Shown one piece after another: positions 33,998 to 49,400 of a stretch of DNA of 64,000 bases. Origin of the DNA: Phoronis australis (lineage: Eukaryota; Animalia; Phoronida); contig NMRA01000226.1 in NCBI GenBank assembly GCA_002633005.1, forward strand, positions 549,004-613,003, given 5' to 3'. Under the pieces are notes generated by a model. The model searched no databases. It was not told the origin of the DNA and saw only the letters and a program-made list of their open reading frames with translations. The position numbers and the translations under genes are program-made. Each line of letters starts with the position of its first letter. Position 1 is the stretch's first letter.

Positions 33998-34428
33998 CTG
34001 TGCGTGAACTTGGAATGTTTCTTAATCTCAAGATTGCATATGCGTGAACTTGGAATCCAAGAAGAAACTTGACAAGTTCACTCAAATAATCATATTCGTT
34101 GATAAAATTTGCACTGCACTATTTTATCAAATTAGTCATGTTAATAATATAACGTAAATTTTATCTATTAATCTTTTATTGAACTATTGGCGATTTGTAT
34201 TCACCAAACCATTGAATAATTGGTTTAGCCTTTCACATATTCCTCCGATTCTTTGACACAAGTTATGGTAAAGGAGAAAATGGGTGCACGATCATGATGT
34301 CAATAATTACAAAAATGCTGAATATGCTGATCAAAAAATTTCACCTGCATGATTGTCCATGCAAATTTTCAATTAAGATCACGCATACGCGATCTTGAGA
34401 TTAAGCAGGATTCCAAGTTCACACACAG
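33998..34428. mobile_element. MITE-like element, copy 2, with terminal inverted repeats of about 50 bp
   Basis: ctgtgcgtgaacttggaatgtttcttaatctcaagattgcatatgcgtga versus tcacgcatacgcgatcttgagattaagcaggattccaagttcacacacag. Confidence 0.7.
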
Positions 34429-34813
34429 CAGCACGACTAATATTACCTTTCAATAGCATTTGGTTACCGACTAAACCGTTTCTGCATGCAGGCAGGCATT
34501 TTCAGAAGAGGAGCCTTTTGTCTTTTACCCACAGCATGTGTGTGAAATTTCGATGTCTAATGTGAAGTTAACACACAGCAGTTCCCATAACTGCATTTGG
34601 ACATTAATCTTTGTACAGTTAGTCGGCTGGGTAGTAATGACTGATAGCGACTTAATTGTGGTACTGAGTGATAACTGATCAATATGAAAAGTAGATCACT
34701 CACCAATGGTGACACCATCACCATGAATGCCACGTCTGGCAATATCCATGACATCAAGAAAATTAGAGTTAGTCTTAGAGACTTAGATAGATCACTTTTC
34801 TCAACTCACTTAC

Positions 34814-34930
34814 TTTATTCACCAGTCGTCGTGTAACCTGAAAAGATAAAGTAGCAGCCCTAACAACCGCAATAAGAGGCATACAAAAACATTTACTTCT
34901 GATTAAGTCAAACGTTGCGCCATAATTGGG
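34814..34930 (-). other. Probable non-coding 5' UTR exons of the NADAR gene
   Basis: Minus-strand micro-exon 34837-34814 has a ctttcag acceptor and a gtaagt donor; there is a further gtaaat donor near 34897, upstream of the ATG-containing exon. Inference from splice signals only. Confidence 0.4.
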
Positions 34931-35400
34931 AAAATTTTCCTACTGACTTTCCAAGAAAATACTATGCGCCGTCTGTTGGAAAATATTGCAACCTGGAATA
35001 GCAGTCCAATAGGGGTCACTCTTTGAAAATGGCCGTGTCTTTCAAGAATGAGAGGTAATTATTAACTGATTTGCAATCTTCTTTACTACTCTTGTTTTAA
35101 TAGTTGGTGCATCGTTGGCTACAAACGAACATCTTAGTAAAGTGATGGTCAGTGTGCTTACGACTACGATCAAGTGTTGAAAAATACACCGAACTCCGGA
35201 CGGTGTAGTCTCACCCTGGCTAGGCAACACGCACACTCCGCTCAGGCTTCTGATCGTCCCCAATGCACTATAATGATATAATACTAACTACAAGGTTTGC
35301 CGCTCCGGACTAGAAATTCCACGGGTGCTTCACTTCATCCGTCCATAAAACTCAATAAATTTACACAAAACAGGTTCAACAAACCATGAAGAATTGTTCT
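34930..35400. promoter_or_regulatory. Probable divergent promoter between the NADAR gene and the multi-pass membrane gene
   Basis: Head-to-head orientation and local CpG enrichment; contains half of the palindromic element seen at 3905. Confidence 0.4.
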
Positions 35401-37490
35401 TTCTCCCAATTCCCAATATATACCATTTACGTGATTTATGGTGTCCTGCTCCACCAAGTTTGTAAGAAATTCACTGTCAAAGCACAAAAATCTTCCCAAA
35501 AAGCCCGTCTGGAGCAACTCCTTGGTCCCACGCGCAGGGTACGGAATTATCTGATGAGTTACGGATGTACAGAAATTGCCGATTCATCACGGAAAGTCAC
35601 AGCATCGATTACTCGGCAATTGCCGTTCATCAGTCACATCACAAGTGTCAATAATTTTGCTGGTTTTGGATATTTTTTCCATCTGGGAAACTACGGGGAC
35701 ATTTTTCTGCATTAAAAATTTTCTACATTAAAATTTTACACAATGGGATTTGTGGGTGTGCGCTGAAAATGGTTACACCCATTGTATGTTTCCCTTGGAA
35801 TTGAGAACATTGACCAGCTCTTTACCCCCAAGAACTAATTTTCAAAGCACTTAGTATACAAGTTAAGGAGCTGTAATCCAAACTCTAGCGAGGTCACTAT
35901 TTTAAGTGCCTTTTAAATTTTGGCTTCGACTTGGTCCAAAACGACATCATATGCTAAACATTAGAATACATCCAACATGGAATGTTTTTATCTTTCAGTG
36001 TCGACGCCCTGCAGACATCCACTAAATTAAGCGATGTTTTGGTGGACATTGGTAAGTATGATTTTTACCAGTCCATTGAAGGACCTCTAAATCTAAAGAA
36101 TGGGAAAGCCATATGTTACTAGAATGCTAATTTATGTACTAGTATGCAAATGAGTTCATGACCCGAGGCAGATCCTATCAAGTGAGCTTCGTCGTCGCAT
36201 GATCCAAAATTTCCTGACCATTGTGGCACCAGTTTTAGGATTCACTTGGAATCAAAAAATGCAGCCTGTGAGTGAATTGAAGGTCGGGGATCAAATTTTT
36301 GAAAGGCTGGCTAGCCCTAGGATTTCTTGAGCGTAATTGATTGCCCTTAGTCATCTTAGTTGATGTTCATGGTGACAATGTATTAAGTGAAGTCCCTATA
36401 TTGGTTGGAAAATTTTCAAGATCAGTTTTATTGGGACAAGTATTCTTGTTTTGATTTTGATATTTTGGACTGCTATAGACTGGAAGAGAGTTAAATTTCA
36501 GACTAGCAATGTCAATACATGCAGTTCCACATGAGGTGATTACAATTGGTATTAGTTTATCTGTTTACTAGCTGTTGGTCATCATTTTGAGATTAAATTG
36601 AAAGGTTGACGATTAATATTTTCTTGCTTTGCTTACTATTTTCACCTGAGTCACGTGAGATTTACCAAGTTCGGGATAACAATACCAAAGTTTCATCAAG
36701 TCTTTCAATAATCTTTTCCAGAATTACAAGTCTGGTAAAATTGCAGTCCTGATTAAAATCACCATTTTGTCTTTTTTAACAAGCTAAAAAACAAGAACCA
36801 AATTAGGCTTTTCTCCCTTAAAATTGGTCTCATATTAATTCGTTACCAAGATAGGATTCTACCGTCTATTACCAGCAAGAACCTCAAAACCATCAGTGGC
36901 TAAAAATCGCTTTAGTTTATTGGCGTTGACCAACCTTAAAATAGCAAAATTCCAGAATAGCACATACTACACGTTGCCTTAACACATACGTACATGTTTC
37001 CTGTGGCATGAGTTGTCGACTCATTCACTATTAATTAAAGAGTGAATTAGCATGGGATAATTTTATATTCCAAAATGCTTCGGTTAAGAATTCAACATTG
37101 ACAGCTGAACGGGGGCCAAATGCAGTTTTAACAGTTGCGGTTCTCAAGTTCATTGCCAAATCAGTGCTCTGGCACTGAATTGATCCAGTTTATCCATAGA
37201 CTATTAGTCTATTTTGTAAAATCCTGGAGGTACGTATAAATCTTTTCTTCATACAGATTTTTGCAAACATTTCTAAGTCTGGTCAGTGCTAGAGCGTCTG
37301 CATGATTAGCAAAAGGTCCCGAGTTCGAGGGGGTAGAAATCTTTTCAAACTTGTATTTATTAGGTCATGTGATGTGGCCTACAGGTAGCGTGCTGACCAC
37401 TCTTAGAAATTTTTACGATACACATTTCCACACCAGTTTAAGATCTATATCATACAGTTTTTAATAATGTCTCATCTTTCTGACTTGCAG

Positions 37491-40400
37491 CTCTTGGCCA
37501 TGTGCCTACCCATCATGGTGTCAAATGCTACTTTGCCTTCAACTGTCTCCAGAATGATAAGTGCCGGCTAGGTTCTGCTGGTCCTATGTGTGAACGATGT
37601 ATCTCACCACGGGAGGCAATTGCTCATCGGCAACTGAACGGTTTGTATTTCTACCAGTCTCAAATGTATTTCACACTTTTGTGTTATTTTTGTTTTTGGA
37701 AACTTCATGTTTATACAAGTAACCATTGGATTTTAAGCAATGAAAGTATTTTTCTGATCATTAATTACACAATAGTTGTTTATCAACACCAGAGACTTTT
37801 CTTCAGTCTCTGAAAAGTTTTTAAGTCCTGAACACACAGGTCATTAGAACATTAGACTTGTAGAGAGCTCTTTTAAAGAATGTTAAAACATTCTGCCTCC
37901 ATAATTCATAAAACTAAATGTGGAGATTTAACAAAAATTAAATTGACGTTAATAATCATTACAGTTGTGTAAAATATTTAAATGTGCTGTGAACCCATTC
38001 TTCATTAAATCAACAAATTTGTCCAGTTATTTCTATAAAGCTGATCTTTGGCATGTTCCTTACTCTGATGTACTTTTAAAGCCTAACTTCAAGGGAATTT
38101 TCAGATAGTCCTAGCAAAGCCTTAGCAAAATGAAAAATTCGAGTTTAACCACTCAAATGTAGGCCCGTAAAATGATAGGTGTAGTTGCCTTTTCATCCCC
38201 TATTGCATCATCGGGAGATCCCAGCACAAACAACAAAAGATCGAAACAGTTGTATTGAATAGGGGTCTGAATAGAATACCATTGTGTGCGGGTGTTACAG
38301 TTGCTTCAATTAAAAAGTGATTCTCGCGGTGACGTAGACAAAAGCAAGCCAATACGCCTAACAGTTCATTACATTTGGCAATTTATGAAACTAGTGGGCA
38401 CAGAGCGATGCTCTCGACATACCGTAGGAGCCAAATTTACAGGCGTTACCGTTCAAGATAGGCTTTAAGCATTTTTATTATTACATTTCAAAGATGATTT
38501 GTTGCCAAGTTGTGCAGTCTTTTACGCGACAGTTTCAGTTGTAAGAGTGTACCAGTCTGGTTCATTGCTTCTCTCTTCCAGCCTACTACATGTTTGGTCG
38601 TCTATGTTTGGAGTGCCCCATTGTGCCCTTTCCGTGTTTCTACATACTCTTACCTCTGCTCATCTTCATATTGGGCTTCACTGTCTCAGGATTCTCAGTA
38701 TCTCTCTGTACAAAGGTGAGCAATGTTGAGTTTTATCGGGCGTCATGTATTTTTTTTCCTGGAAAGTAAACACACATTTTCAACTTGAATTCGTGAAAGA
38801 TATACAATGCTGTTTAAGTTTGTAACTTTGCCCATTTTCCATACATTTTTAAAGGTGCTATAAAATTGCATTCTGTCATTATAGAACTTAACTTTTTGTT
38901 TATGAAATGGGTCTGAGATTAGAGGGTGATTGAGTCCAGGAGTCTTTCATGAAAATGGACTTATATGACTAAAGTTTGATCTTGTTTTCCACACAGCTAT
39001 TTCTGAAAAGTAGTAGCATCAGACTTGAGCAAAATTGCCAAGTCCCTGAGAATATACAAATAATTGCTAGCTACTGAGATGATTTCTATCAATTATGTTT
39101 GGACTCTCATCCTCTCATAATTATCCGACTAAACCTTTTTTCAGCGATGGTGAAGTGGGAAAATAAAATTAGACCAAATTTCTGCCATGAGTCTTAGTTC
39201 AGTTTCATGAAACAGGCCCCAAACTCAACAAGCCGTCTTGTCATGGCAAAATTTGTTTCTTTAGTTTTCAAATCCCAAAACCACTTTTCTGCAGAGAAAG
39301 GAATAAGTTAAGACAGATCTTGAGGACGGGTCACTCTGAATCAAACTGAGAAACTGTGACATTTCACCAATGGATGTTTCTAGTCCAAGTTCACATTTCA
39401 TGTCAAGTGAAAACTTGAGATTTCGATTTCAGGTTCAAACTTATAACTTTAATACTAGGGTCACCATGTGACATCTAGGATTAGACAGCCATCCACTTAA
39501 ACCATGATGTGCTCAGAATAATGTAAAACTTATCTTAAGTTCGCACAAAAGAAGAATGGAAAATGCCCAAAACGATATTTTGAGTTCGATTTTGAGTACA
39601 AAGATTAGAATCTTGACAGTTTTAGAGTGGTAAGTGGCTCACATCAAAAGCTTATTTTTTGACGGAACTCACTCTTATAGTTGCTAGGAGTCCCCAGGCT
39701 GTGATGAGTCGTCATTTGACAGACATGTGACCATTTGTTGTTCACAGACCAAAATGTTGTTCTACTATCTCCAACTGCTCGTGTTGACTGCCCCTGTACA
39801 AGTGGCATGGCCCCCCAAATTACTCGAAGTTCTTAGTAGCCTCTCTTTCGCCTCGCTCAACAGTCGAATGTTTCTGATTGGTTTGTAGTAAACCATTGTT
39901 CACTAATTTTGTATTCCAGTTACTTACTTGCGTTTCTTTTATCTGTTTGGTTCATTTTTGGTATGTTGAAGTAAAATAATAGTTAATGTGATTCCGTTAA
40001 TTTTTGTAGCTAAGCATCTTTTTGGAAATTATCATCATTTTGGAGGAAGAAATAAGTGGCCATCGCAGAATGATGTTTATTTTTCAGAGTGATGCATTTC
40101 AATAAATTCTCTTTATTCGCAATAATTATTAATATTTTGTTCTACAATTTCGTTACAGTCTGCTTTTGCTAACAGTTGCAAATGCAAGTCCATTGACTGA
40201 CCAAATTAGACTTAAATATGCGTGAATTCAGTAATCTATTGTCAAAATAGCAAGTTTGCATACTAGGTATACAGCAGCAATACTACAAAGTGTCACGGGA
40301 TGAGAATGGTAGAAATATGTCTCCTCAATTCTCAAAGTTTGTAATAATTCAAAATAGTTTTATAAAATTATTTTTTGTCTTTCGGATTTTCCAACATTAG

Positions 40401-43400
40401 GCTCCATCCACTGCTGGCTACTCACAGTACTTCATTTTAAATTGTTTGTTTGCGTTAATTTGAAATGTACATTCAGTCTACAAAACAAAACATTACTCAC
40501 AGTACTTGTAATGAATAGATATTTGGTTTGTCCCACTTAAGAATTGGTTTCCACAGACAGATAACATGGAAAACTTGGAAAATGAGAGGAGCCTCGTGGA
40601 AAACAAAGCACAGCAAGATGGAAGCCGTGTAAATTGTTTTGAAATTTGAATCTTTTTGTTGATAAACCCAGATTTCTGCTCAAGAAGAGAGACAATTTCG
40701 GTCCATCCACCTAATACCCAAGGAATGGTAGTANCCCCCCCCCCCCCCCCCGGCATCATGCTGTTTGTGACCTGTTGGTTTCAGAATGCTACAGAGACTC
40801 GTTCAACTGGTACTACGCTGCCTGGTCCATCTCGCTCGCTATTCCCATAGTAACAGGCCTCATCTTGAAGACATTTATCCGCATGGTACGTCCAATCATT
40901 GGTTTTTTTATTTGCATTATAAAATTTCCATATTCAGCAGTAACTAGGGTTAAATTGTCTTTCATTTTAAAGAAGGGATAGTAAGCAGATTGACTATTCA
41001 GTCATGCTAACATTTGCTTGATTGTGTCTCATATTGTTCAGAAACTAAATTTTTTTAATGTACTCTTTATCGGGCAATAGTCACTTACAGCGGTCCCGGA
41101 TTTTGAGAACCAGTTTGATGTTGATTATTCAGTGGAGAAAACTGGACAAGTTCTATTAGTGACTATTATCTAATGTCAACATAGCAGAGCAGACAGATGG
41201 ATAATGTGGTAAAAAGTCTTCAGTTTTGGACAAAATACTGCAGATGAATGGAACTGAATTTTGTGAAATTCCTCAGCACAAGTACCTCACAAGAAATGCT
41301 TCTTTGTTGACAGCATGGTGTTTGTGATAGGGATGTCAACAAAGAACATTCGGTAAAATGCTGACCATTTGCAGCAGAGTGTATTATTAGCCTTTTTGTA
41401 CTTAATTGAAGAATTAAATTAAACTGGAGTTAGAACATTCAAATGTTAGGTTAGGATTTTTTAGTACTTTTTGTTCGGATTGCATCACGAAAATTCCATA
41501 ATTTTAGACCCCTCGATCTTTTTAATTTCTGTACTGTCCAAAGATTGTCAAAAAGTAGTGGGAACATGTTGGTTTAGCCGTGCGATGGGAGTTTAATATG
41601 TCAAATGAAAGGCAGTGCTTGTGTACTTCTAAAATTGAATTACGTTTGCTGGCACCTGTCAGTTAAACAAAGCATGGGTGTATAAGTTAGTGTACAGTAA
41701 TGAAATTAACCCAATTTTTCTCATGACAAGTCTCAGAATTCAAGGTGGTTCATGTTTACAGTCTAGTTATTTAATGATATTTACTTTCTGAGAGTTTTGA
41801 GCAAGAAAGCATGTAGTTGAGAATAGCCAGACATTTTTACCCTCTTTCTAAGAAAAGTGAAAAAGCTGTTTATGTTAATTTTATGCCAAAGCTTGAATGC
41901 TTTGTATGACCTCATCTTAAATTTAGGTCAACCTATCGTGCCACGTACAGATAGTGAACAAGATCCTTAGAACGATTGTAGAAATGTCTGACTGTTCTAT
42001 ACTACGTGCTTTCTTGTAAGTTAACCTAGTACATTGTTCTAGTTGTTAAAATACTTTTAAGCCTATCTTTAACAGTAACACCATTATTGTAAATTTGGTT
42101 CCTACAGTATGTTAAGGGCATTACTCTGGGCCCACTAGTGCCATAAATTGTCAAAGGAAAAGAACTGTTAGGTGTATTATTTGGCTTGCTTTTGTCTACG
42201 TCACTGCAAGAATCACCTTTTGATTCAAACAGCTGTGAATAACACCCACACGCAATGGTGTTCTATTCATACCCCTATTCAATACAACTGTTTTTGGCCT
42301 TTTGTTGTTTGTTGGGATCTCCCGGTGATGCAATATGGCACGAAAAGGCAGCTTCACCTCTCATTTGACTAGCTTACATTTGCGTGATAGAACTCACGTT
42401 TCCTTATTTTACTAACCAAAGGCTTTGCTAGTACCATCTGGTTAGCCCAACAAATCTAAAGTAACAAACTTCTGTTGAAGTTAGGCTTTGAGCATTCTGT
42501 CTCATAACCTGCTATTTTCTGGCCATGTTACATGTACTTTTGGCACTTAGACTTGCAACTCTAACTTAGTGAGTTCATTACCAGCAACAATGAGACATTC
42601 GTTTTATTCAAATGTTATACATGTCTTGACATCAAAAATCCCCGAAGCTGGGCTCATTAGGACTTTAAGGAATTAAAACTTGTAAACCACTCTCAGGGGG
42701 TGAAAGCAATTTCATTGCCACGTCTCTTAATTCCAGCTACGTGCATGATCGCTGAAGCACCAATTCTGGACCAGCAAACTTCAAACTCATGGTACAAATT
42801 TCGAACATATGCCCCTTAACTGTATACACGCACTTAAAAAAATTACCCTTTGAACAAACTCCATACTGTGGGACCAGACTCCAGCACCACACCCATGCGA
42901 CAGGTTCGGTGTTTCCTAGTTCGGAACAGGGATTCAGGGGATCGAAGCTGGAAGTTACAGGTGTGGCCACAGAATTGTTTTCGCCCCCTGACACTCTGGT
43001 GTTAGAAAAACCGACTTTCTTTTAAGCCAACGTCATCACATTGACATCCTTTGTCGAATTGTAATTGGTTACAATTAAAATTGTCTAGAATGCATCAGAC
43101 AGCTATACTGCCTTGGCAACTGAAAGTAATCCAGTTTGAGTAAATTAATAGGCCTGGTCTCAAGCTATAATGAGTTGTTAAATCTTCCTGAGACTAAAAA
43201 TAATTCCTAAACCGAGGAAGGAACAAGATTAGACTGATGTTTCAAAGTTGATTTTCAATAGAAGGCATTGTTTTTTGCCCCTTGAATAAGTGACTGGTCA
43301 TTTTGACCAGGCTTGGTCAGTCTTAGCCAATGATCTATCCATTGCAGGACTTGGATAAGCCAGATCAGAAGTCATTTACAAATCTAAGAACCACCATCAT

Positions 43401-46400
43401 CCGCAAGATGATCCGTCGTCACGCCACACATATCTCTAGAGCCGAGGCCCTGTCAGAGCAGGGTGTACGCGACCTCAAAATTCGCCGGTTCGTGCTGATG
43501 GTACTTCTGCTGTATTACGCACCCAACTGTACCAGCTGTTTACAGACGTTCTCGTGCTCTGGATCCTTCTCTTTTGTGGTTAGCTTTCGCCATTCTTTAA
43601 ATACTTAAATCACGTAATGCTATTTAAGTCGTCTTACGCAATGTTTTGGTGTTGAAAGCCTCTCAACTTTCTTTGCAGACATGCGATTACAGTCTTGCAT
43701 GGCGATGCCATCGTGTTCTTAATATACAGTGTTTGAATTGACATTTGTTACGACAAATTGCCTGGAATTCCTCACACTGCAGTGACAAACACTGAAATTA
43801 ACTGCAATGACAATCATTCAATGTATCTGGTCTGGAACATGAGCAAGTTCTCGGTTCTTCTCAAGTCCAGAAGTCATTTCTAATCTGAGTAAGAAAACAA
43901 CAAAACCAATTTTATACACTCAGTTTTTTGGCCTATATCATAAAGTTGGTTTTTGACAAAGGCAAGTGTTTATTGCCTCTCTAGACGTAATCACAATCCA
44001 GTGACATGGCCTCAAGCTTCACTTGATCGCAATTTTAAACCTGCCTTCCTAGACCTAGGTTTTGATGTATTCTGCTTATGTCTAGGAAGCTGGTCCTTGC
44101 TTGTTCCTTATTCAAATGAGAAGTGTTTTCTGGACTTTGTTATTGCTTGAGGTCATGAGGTCATCCCTTGGCCATTAAAGATGTATTTGCATGCTTTTAA
44201 CTATCATATGCTAAATGTAAAGCAGAAACTAAAGGACAATGCTAGTTGAGCATCGTCTTCACTAAACAAAGTGCAGTTGTATGCAGTGACAATTTGTGAA
44301 AACAAAAAATTCTGCGAATAGGTGACCTTTGCTCTAATGACGTACCTTGGGGGCTCATTTAGCCCGCATCTTGCAGTGTTATATCCCAGCACCATGTCAC
44401 GATACTTACTGTACACGATTGAGTGATTTACAGCGGATCATTTTCGACACAAAACTCGTTCTTAAAAACATTTGGCAAGTTTCAAGAGCCTCCTTCACAT
44501 TTACATCGTGTTACTAATTAGTTTGTACAAGCAGTCACAGAGATAAGGAATTAGCGAGCAAGTTCCACTTTAAATGACCAGTCTCAACATACCAACTTGA
44601 TAAGCTTGACAGTGTGTTCAAACAATAACTATCTATTGGTTTCTACCATGCCTATAAATCATCTCTGTTTTGAATAAGGAACAGTTGAAACCAGTTACCT
44701 AACAGTAAGTAACAGAAGCTAGATTTTTGACTGACATTGGCCCTATGGAGATGTCTGTTGTCTCTTGTTTCTGAGGAAGTTTTCAGCTTGCGAATGTTAG
44801 GCATGCATGTGATAATGCATGACTGTTGGAGCATCATCATGATGGTGTTCAGACACTGGGGGAATGTTATTTTCGAAGTTGTTGCAGTCATAACTTTTAC
44901 ATTTGTCTCTTATGTGTTGGAAATGTTCTTAGTTGTTAAAGGAATTGTTGTTATTTTTTTCAGAACATGTCCTTGAATGGTTCGGTCGATGTGTTTTTCT
45001 TGGACAACCGTAAGAGTTGTATCGATCTGGACTTTCAGGTGATTAGTATTTGCAACTCTGTAAAGGACATGATCTATTGTGAAACTTTGGAACAAAAATT
45101 TAACAAGTCCTTGGTTGACTCACTGCTAGTTTTCAGGGTTTTTCAATATTTTTTCATAACTTCACAAAAACTACTCAATGTTGCTGAGCCATCACGAACA
45201 CTACATTATGGTCATTATGGTCAAGATTTCCTACAGTTCATAGAAAGATCTTAAATCCTCTTGATTTTGATGAAAATCAATCGACCTCTCAGTTTCAGAA
45301 TTGGCAATATGTTACTGTTTGTTTTTGTATCATCTTGCAGTTATAAAAATGCAAGTCAAATTTGTTTTTCGCTTGTTGCAGCGCAGTCAAACTGGCGTGA
45401 ACATGTTTCACCAATGTCGCCACCGGTTCTTTAGAAATTTTTTGATAATAAGCATGAATTCACTGAGGGTCAGTCAGAGGTAACTGAAAAGGAACATTGT
45501 GTGCTCTTGCAGCATTTGTCACTGTTGCAGACGCAGATACACGTACAAACTATTTTTTCCTTGGAAAGCTTCTGTACGAACTATTAGAGAGAAACGCCGT
45601 GTTTCAAGGATGGTATACAGACTGTTAGAGTGTCCTAACTCTTAGAGAAATGACAGTATTCCCTACAAATTGATTGATTGAGGTAAAATTGACAGGAATG
45701 CCACACAGCAATGAACATACCTGATAATACCTGTCACGGACAGGGTCACTGAAGATATGCTGGTGCATTAATCCCCTCCCCAGACCATCCCCGCTGCAGC
45801 AGAAGGCGCAGAACTCCAGGACTGACATTACCCGTCAGTATATGATTGGACAACACTCAGGCATACCTTTTGTTGCAATTATCAGCTGTGGCTTTTGTTT
45901 AATTATGTGCAGCTTGCTCTGGCTGTCTGTTATTCGTGGAATAACACACAGCCAGATACAATAAGTGACATAGTAGAGGAATAACTTACAAATACAACAG
46001 GCACTCAATGCTTAAATACAATTTTTGTAGCTTTCTTAGTGACAAGATAATAATTAAGATTATGCTCTTTTTATGAGGTACATTGACCACCTTTTGACCG
46101 TGTTTCTGATGATGATTGAGTGATACTATTGAAATGTCAACTAGATAGTTTTTGAGTTCATATTCTTGTGTTTAACAAAAAATTTATTGTCCATGTTTTT
46201 CACAGGTGCTGAATGCCATTTACCTGATAGTAGGCTTGGGCATGCTGCTGACACCTGTTGTCTGGATATTTATAGTCAGACGTCACTATAAGTGGAACGA
46301 GCTCAACATGAGAATAAGGACATTCGGGTTAGTCAGCTGGACTCGTAGTTCTCTATTTGCATTGTAATTAAAAGGGCATGTATTGCCAAAACAAGGAAAC

Positions 46401-49400
46401 ATTGAAAACTAGTTAAAGCTTTTTTGGTTTCTTTGTTAAGAATCCTAGATTTTTTCGTCATCTGAGGAATTATTTTCAAGTATTAGGTATGGAAAACCAA
46501 AACAGACAATATTCAAAGCACTTATTTCGTTAACATGCAGAAACGTATATAATGCTCTAAAAAATAATTTTCAATTCTCATCGGTGAAATTAATTCACAA
46601 AAGATTTTCCTTTCTCACACTTGTCCAGAAATTACTCGGTAATAAATAATATTACTAATCTCAAGAATCTGTGCTGCAGAACAAAGATGAACATGTCACA
46701 AAAGATTTAATACGTCAGCGAAAATTTGATCACCACAGAACAAAAATAAATTTTACATGCCAGGAAAACGTGACTACTCGGGAGCATGTAACCACAAAAA
46801 TGATATTATTCACCTAAAGGAAGATGGCTGAGCCAGAGGGCACTTTTAGAGATCCAATGACTTCTTTACTCAACATTAAGCCCTTGCGTAACTGGTACCC
46901 ACATCATCACTTTGGGTTGTCAGGTGGTCCTGGATGGCCGCGTCCTTACGTGGTTTAAATGTTTGCTGGAACGTGATTCAGTCCTGGCGTGATACGAAAT
47001 ATTTATGATGAGTTATTCATGTATGACTGAGTGTAAATATTCCTTGTGCATGTTTTAGACTAGTATCAAGTAAAAATTTTAAAATACATGCTAGTTTGAA
47101 TTGTCATTTTTGGTCCTGCACAATGAAAAGAATTAATAAAATATATTGGACTTCATTTTTAATTCCTGCATAAAAAAGTTTGTTTTGAAATTTTTGTCCA
47201 TTCTGGCTTTCCATAATCAAGAGAAGTTGAGAGATGACGTGTTACTGATACAAAGCCCCCCATAATTTTTGGAAGGATTCTTTGTCTTCTGCAGTGGCTC
47301 CACCGAGTAAATATCGAGTCTTCTACTCCTCTATGCTTAGTTGTACTCTGTCTGCACACTCTCAATTATCACATACAACCGCCGCCATACACAACTAACA
47401 GGAGTGTGTGGGCTGGTGATTCCACACAATTTTTTAGCTAAAAATTGCGCTTGTTTGAGATGGACCATGTCTGATTTTCACTGGTCAGCAACTACGTTTT
47501 GACACAGAAGACTTGGTGATTAGGTGTGAATAGGTCACATGTTGTATTTACAAACCCAAGCACTGAGGCAATCCATGAATGCTGCCCTTCGCAGTTCCCT
47601 GGAAATAGTTTCAATCCTGTGCTACAATCATTTGAGTCTGCAGATCAGTTGTTTACGGCAAACTCTCATTACCTTAGGACACAATATGGCCCACATGTGA
47701 TTTTTCATTTTAAGATATGTTAAGCAACCCCAAATAAATGATATATTCTTTAAAAGGTCTATGAGATAGCAACTTCAGATGTTTCTGAGAAATTGTGAAC
47801 ATTCAAAACAATATTAGAAGCTTTTGATTAAAATGATAAAAGACCAATTTTGGTTAATATTTCATTAGAAATTGATGTCAGAGATTTTCGTGTGTGTGTC
47901 ATCATATTTGACAGTTGCAGTGCATGCAGGCTTGATGGTGTTTGGCACATAAATGTATGAATTAACGTAATTTGCAGGCCTATGTACGAGTCCTACAAGG
48001 CCACCGCCTGTCACTGGGATGGTGTCTTCATGCTCAGAGTAGTCATCACTACCATTGCGACAGAGTTGTTTCCATTCTCGTAAGCGGGTTCTGCGCCGTT
48101 GAGAAGGAGGCTTGTTATGCTATTGAGATTATGTAGTACCCTGGAAAAATTCCAGTTTTGACCAACTTCGGAACATCGTATCTCGGAAACTTTCACATAT
48201 TGTGCTTTGTACACTGTTCTTTGAAATTCCTTTAGTATTGTTTTTTAAAATGTTCCACATTTGCATGAGGGGCTATCGAAAAAGGGCATTTGTGGTTTTT
48301 GTGAAAAAGAAATTAACTGAAGTTGCATAAAACAACAACGAATTAATAATTTAGAAAACTGTAACAGCATTTTTTGAGATTTTGTTTCGAACATACGGAA
48401 TTTAGTCATATTGATCCTGTTGATTTGCTATGAAATTCAGTGTACCTTTCTTTTTTTCTAAATTTTTCTTAAAAACAAGGTCACATGACCTAATTAGTGT
48501 GAGATTGGCATAAAGTCAGAAATCAATTTCTACAAAATTTCTACTTTCAGAACATTATACTTTTGCTGAGTTAAAATCTATAGTTTTTTTAGTTATTTGG
48601 CAAAATGAACAGACTTGTTGGTAAGGACCTACATAACCTTAAAGGACAGGTCAATAATGCATGTTCATTTTCAAGGAATGTCCTTCACCTGTTCTGGTAG
48701 CTATAATCATAGTAGATGTCTCGCTGAGGGGTAAAAGTTGTGTTTGTGTTCTGTAAATTACTTAATAACATTTTTTGTAAAAGTTTTTTATTTGGAAACT
48801 ACAAAAGTTTCAGGAAGTCAATTGTTAATAGGGCTCCTGTGATAAAATTCTGTGGTCATCAAGGTTTTTAAATGTATTCAATAACATAGTTTTATGGATC
48901 TATTATTGATGCTTAGGAAAGTCGATCCTTGGTAACGAATGTCGAATGTTACCTAAGTTATTCATTCTGTTGCAGAGCCACGATCCAGGCGTCCGTTATA
49001 TTTTCAATGTCTGTTGTCTACGCCATCTTTTTGCTCTTGCATTTCCCGTACAGGTATGTAATTGTCGAAGCCGCCATCATGCGCATCTTTGTCATTTCTG
49101 TCTATCAGTGCTGTGATTTGACAGTCTTAGTTAACAACTTGAAGTTCATGCTTTGTCAAAGTCACCTGCATAAAGTACTCGTACATGGTGTTCATCAGAT
49201 TTAAAACAAGTGTGGCTCCTTAGTATGTTTTCAATGATATTTAAAATTACAGAAAAAACAAACTTTTTAAAGCTGTTCTAGATAAAATCCGTTTTTGAGA
49301 AGGGAAATGCACTTTTTCACTCACTTGACCACATAAATTGTGTGTTCCTAAATAATATACACGAGTTTAGCAACCAAAATGAAGCTTTCAGGTGTAGAAG

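Noticed and set aside
35551-35600. Second CTGATGA...GAAA hammerhead candidate
   Set aside because: Stem II is imperfect, and no stem III or cleavage triplet follows GAAA.
35386-35715. 109-aa ORF as the first coding exon of the multi-pass gene
   Set aside because: The available donors do not join in frame to the next exon at 35999 without a stop, so the start remains unresolved.
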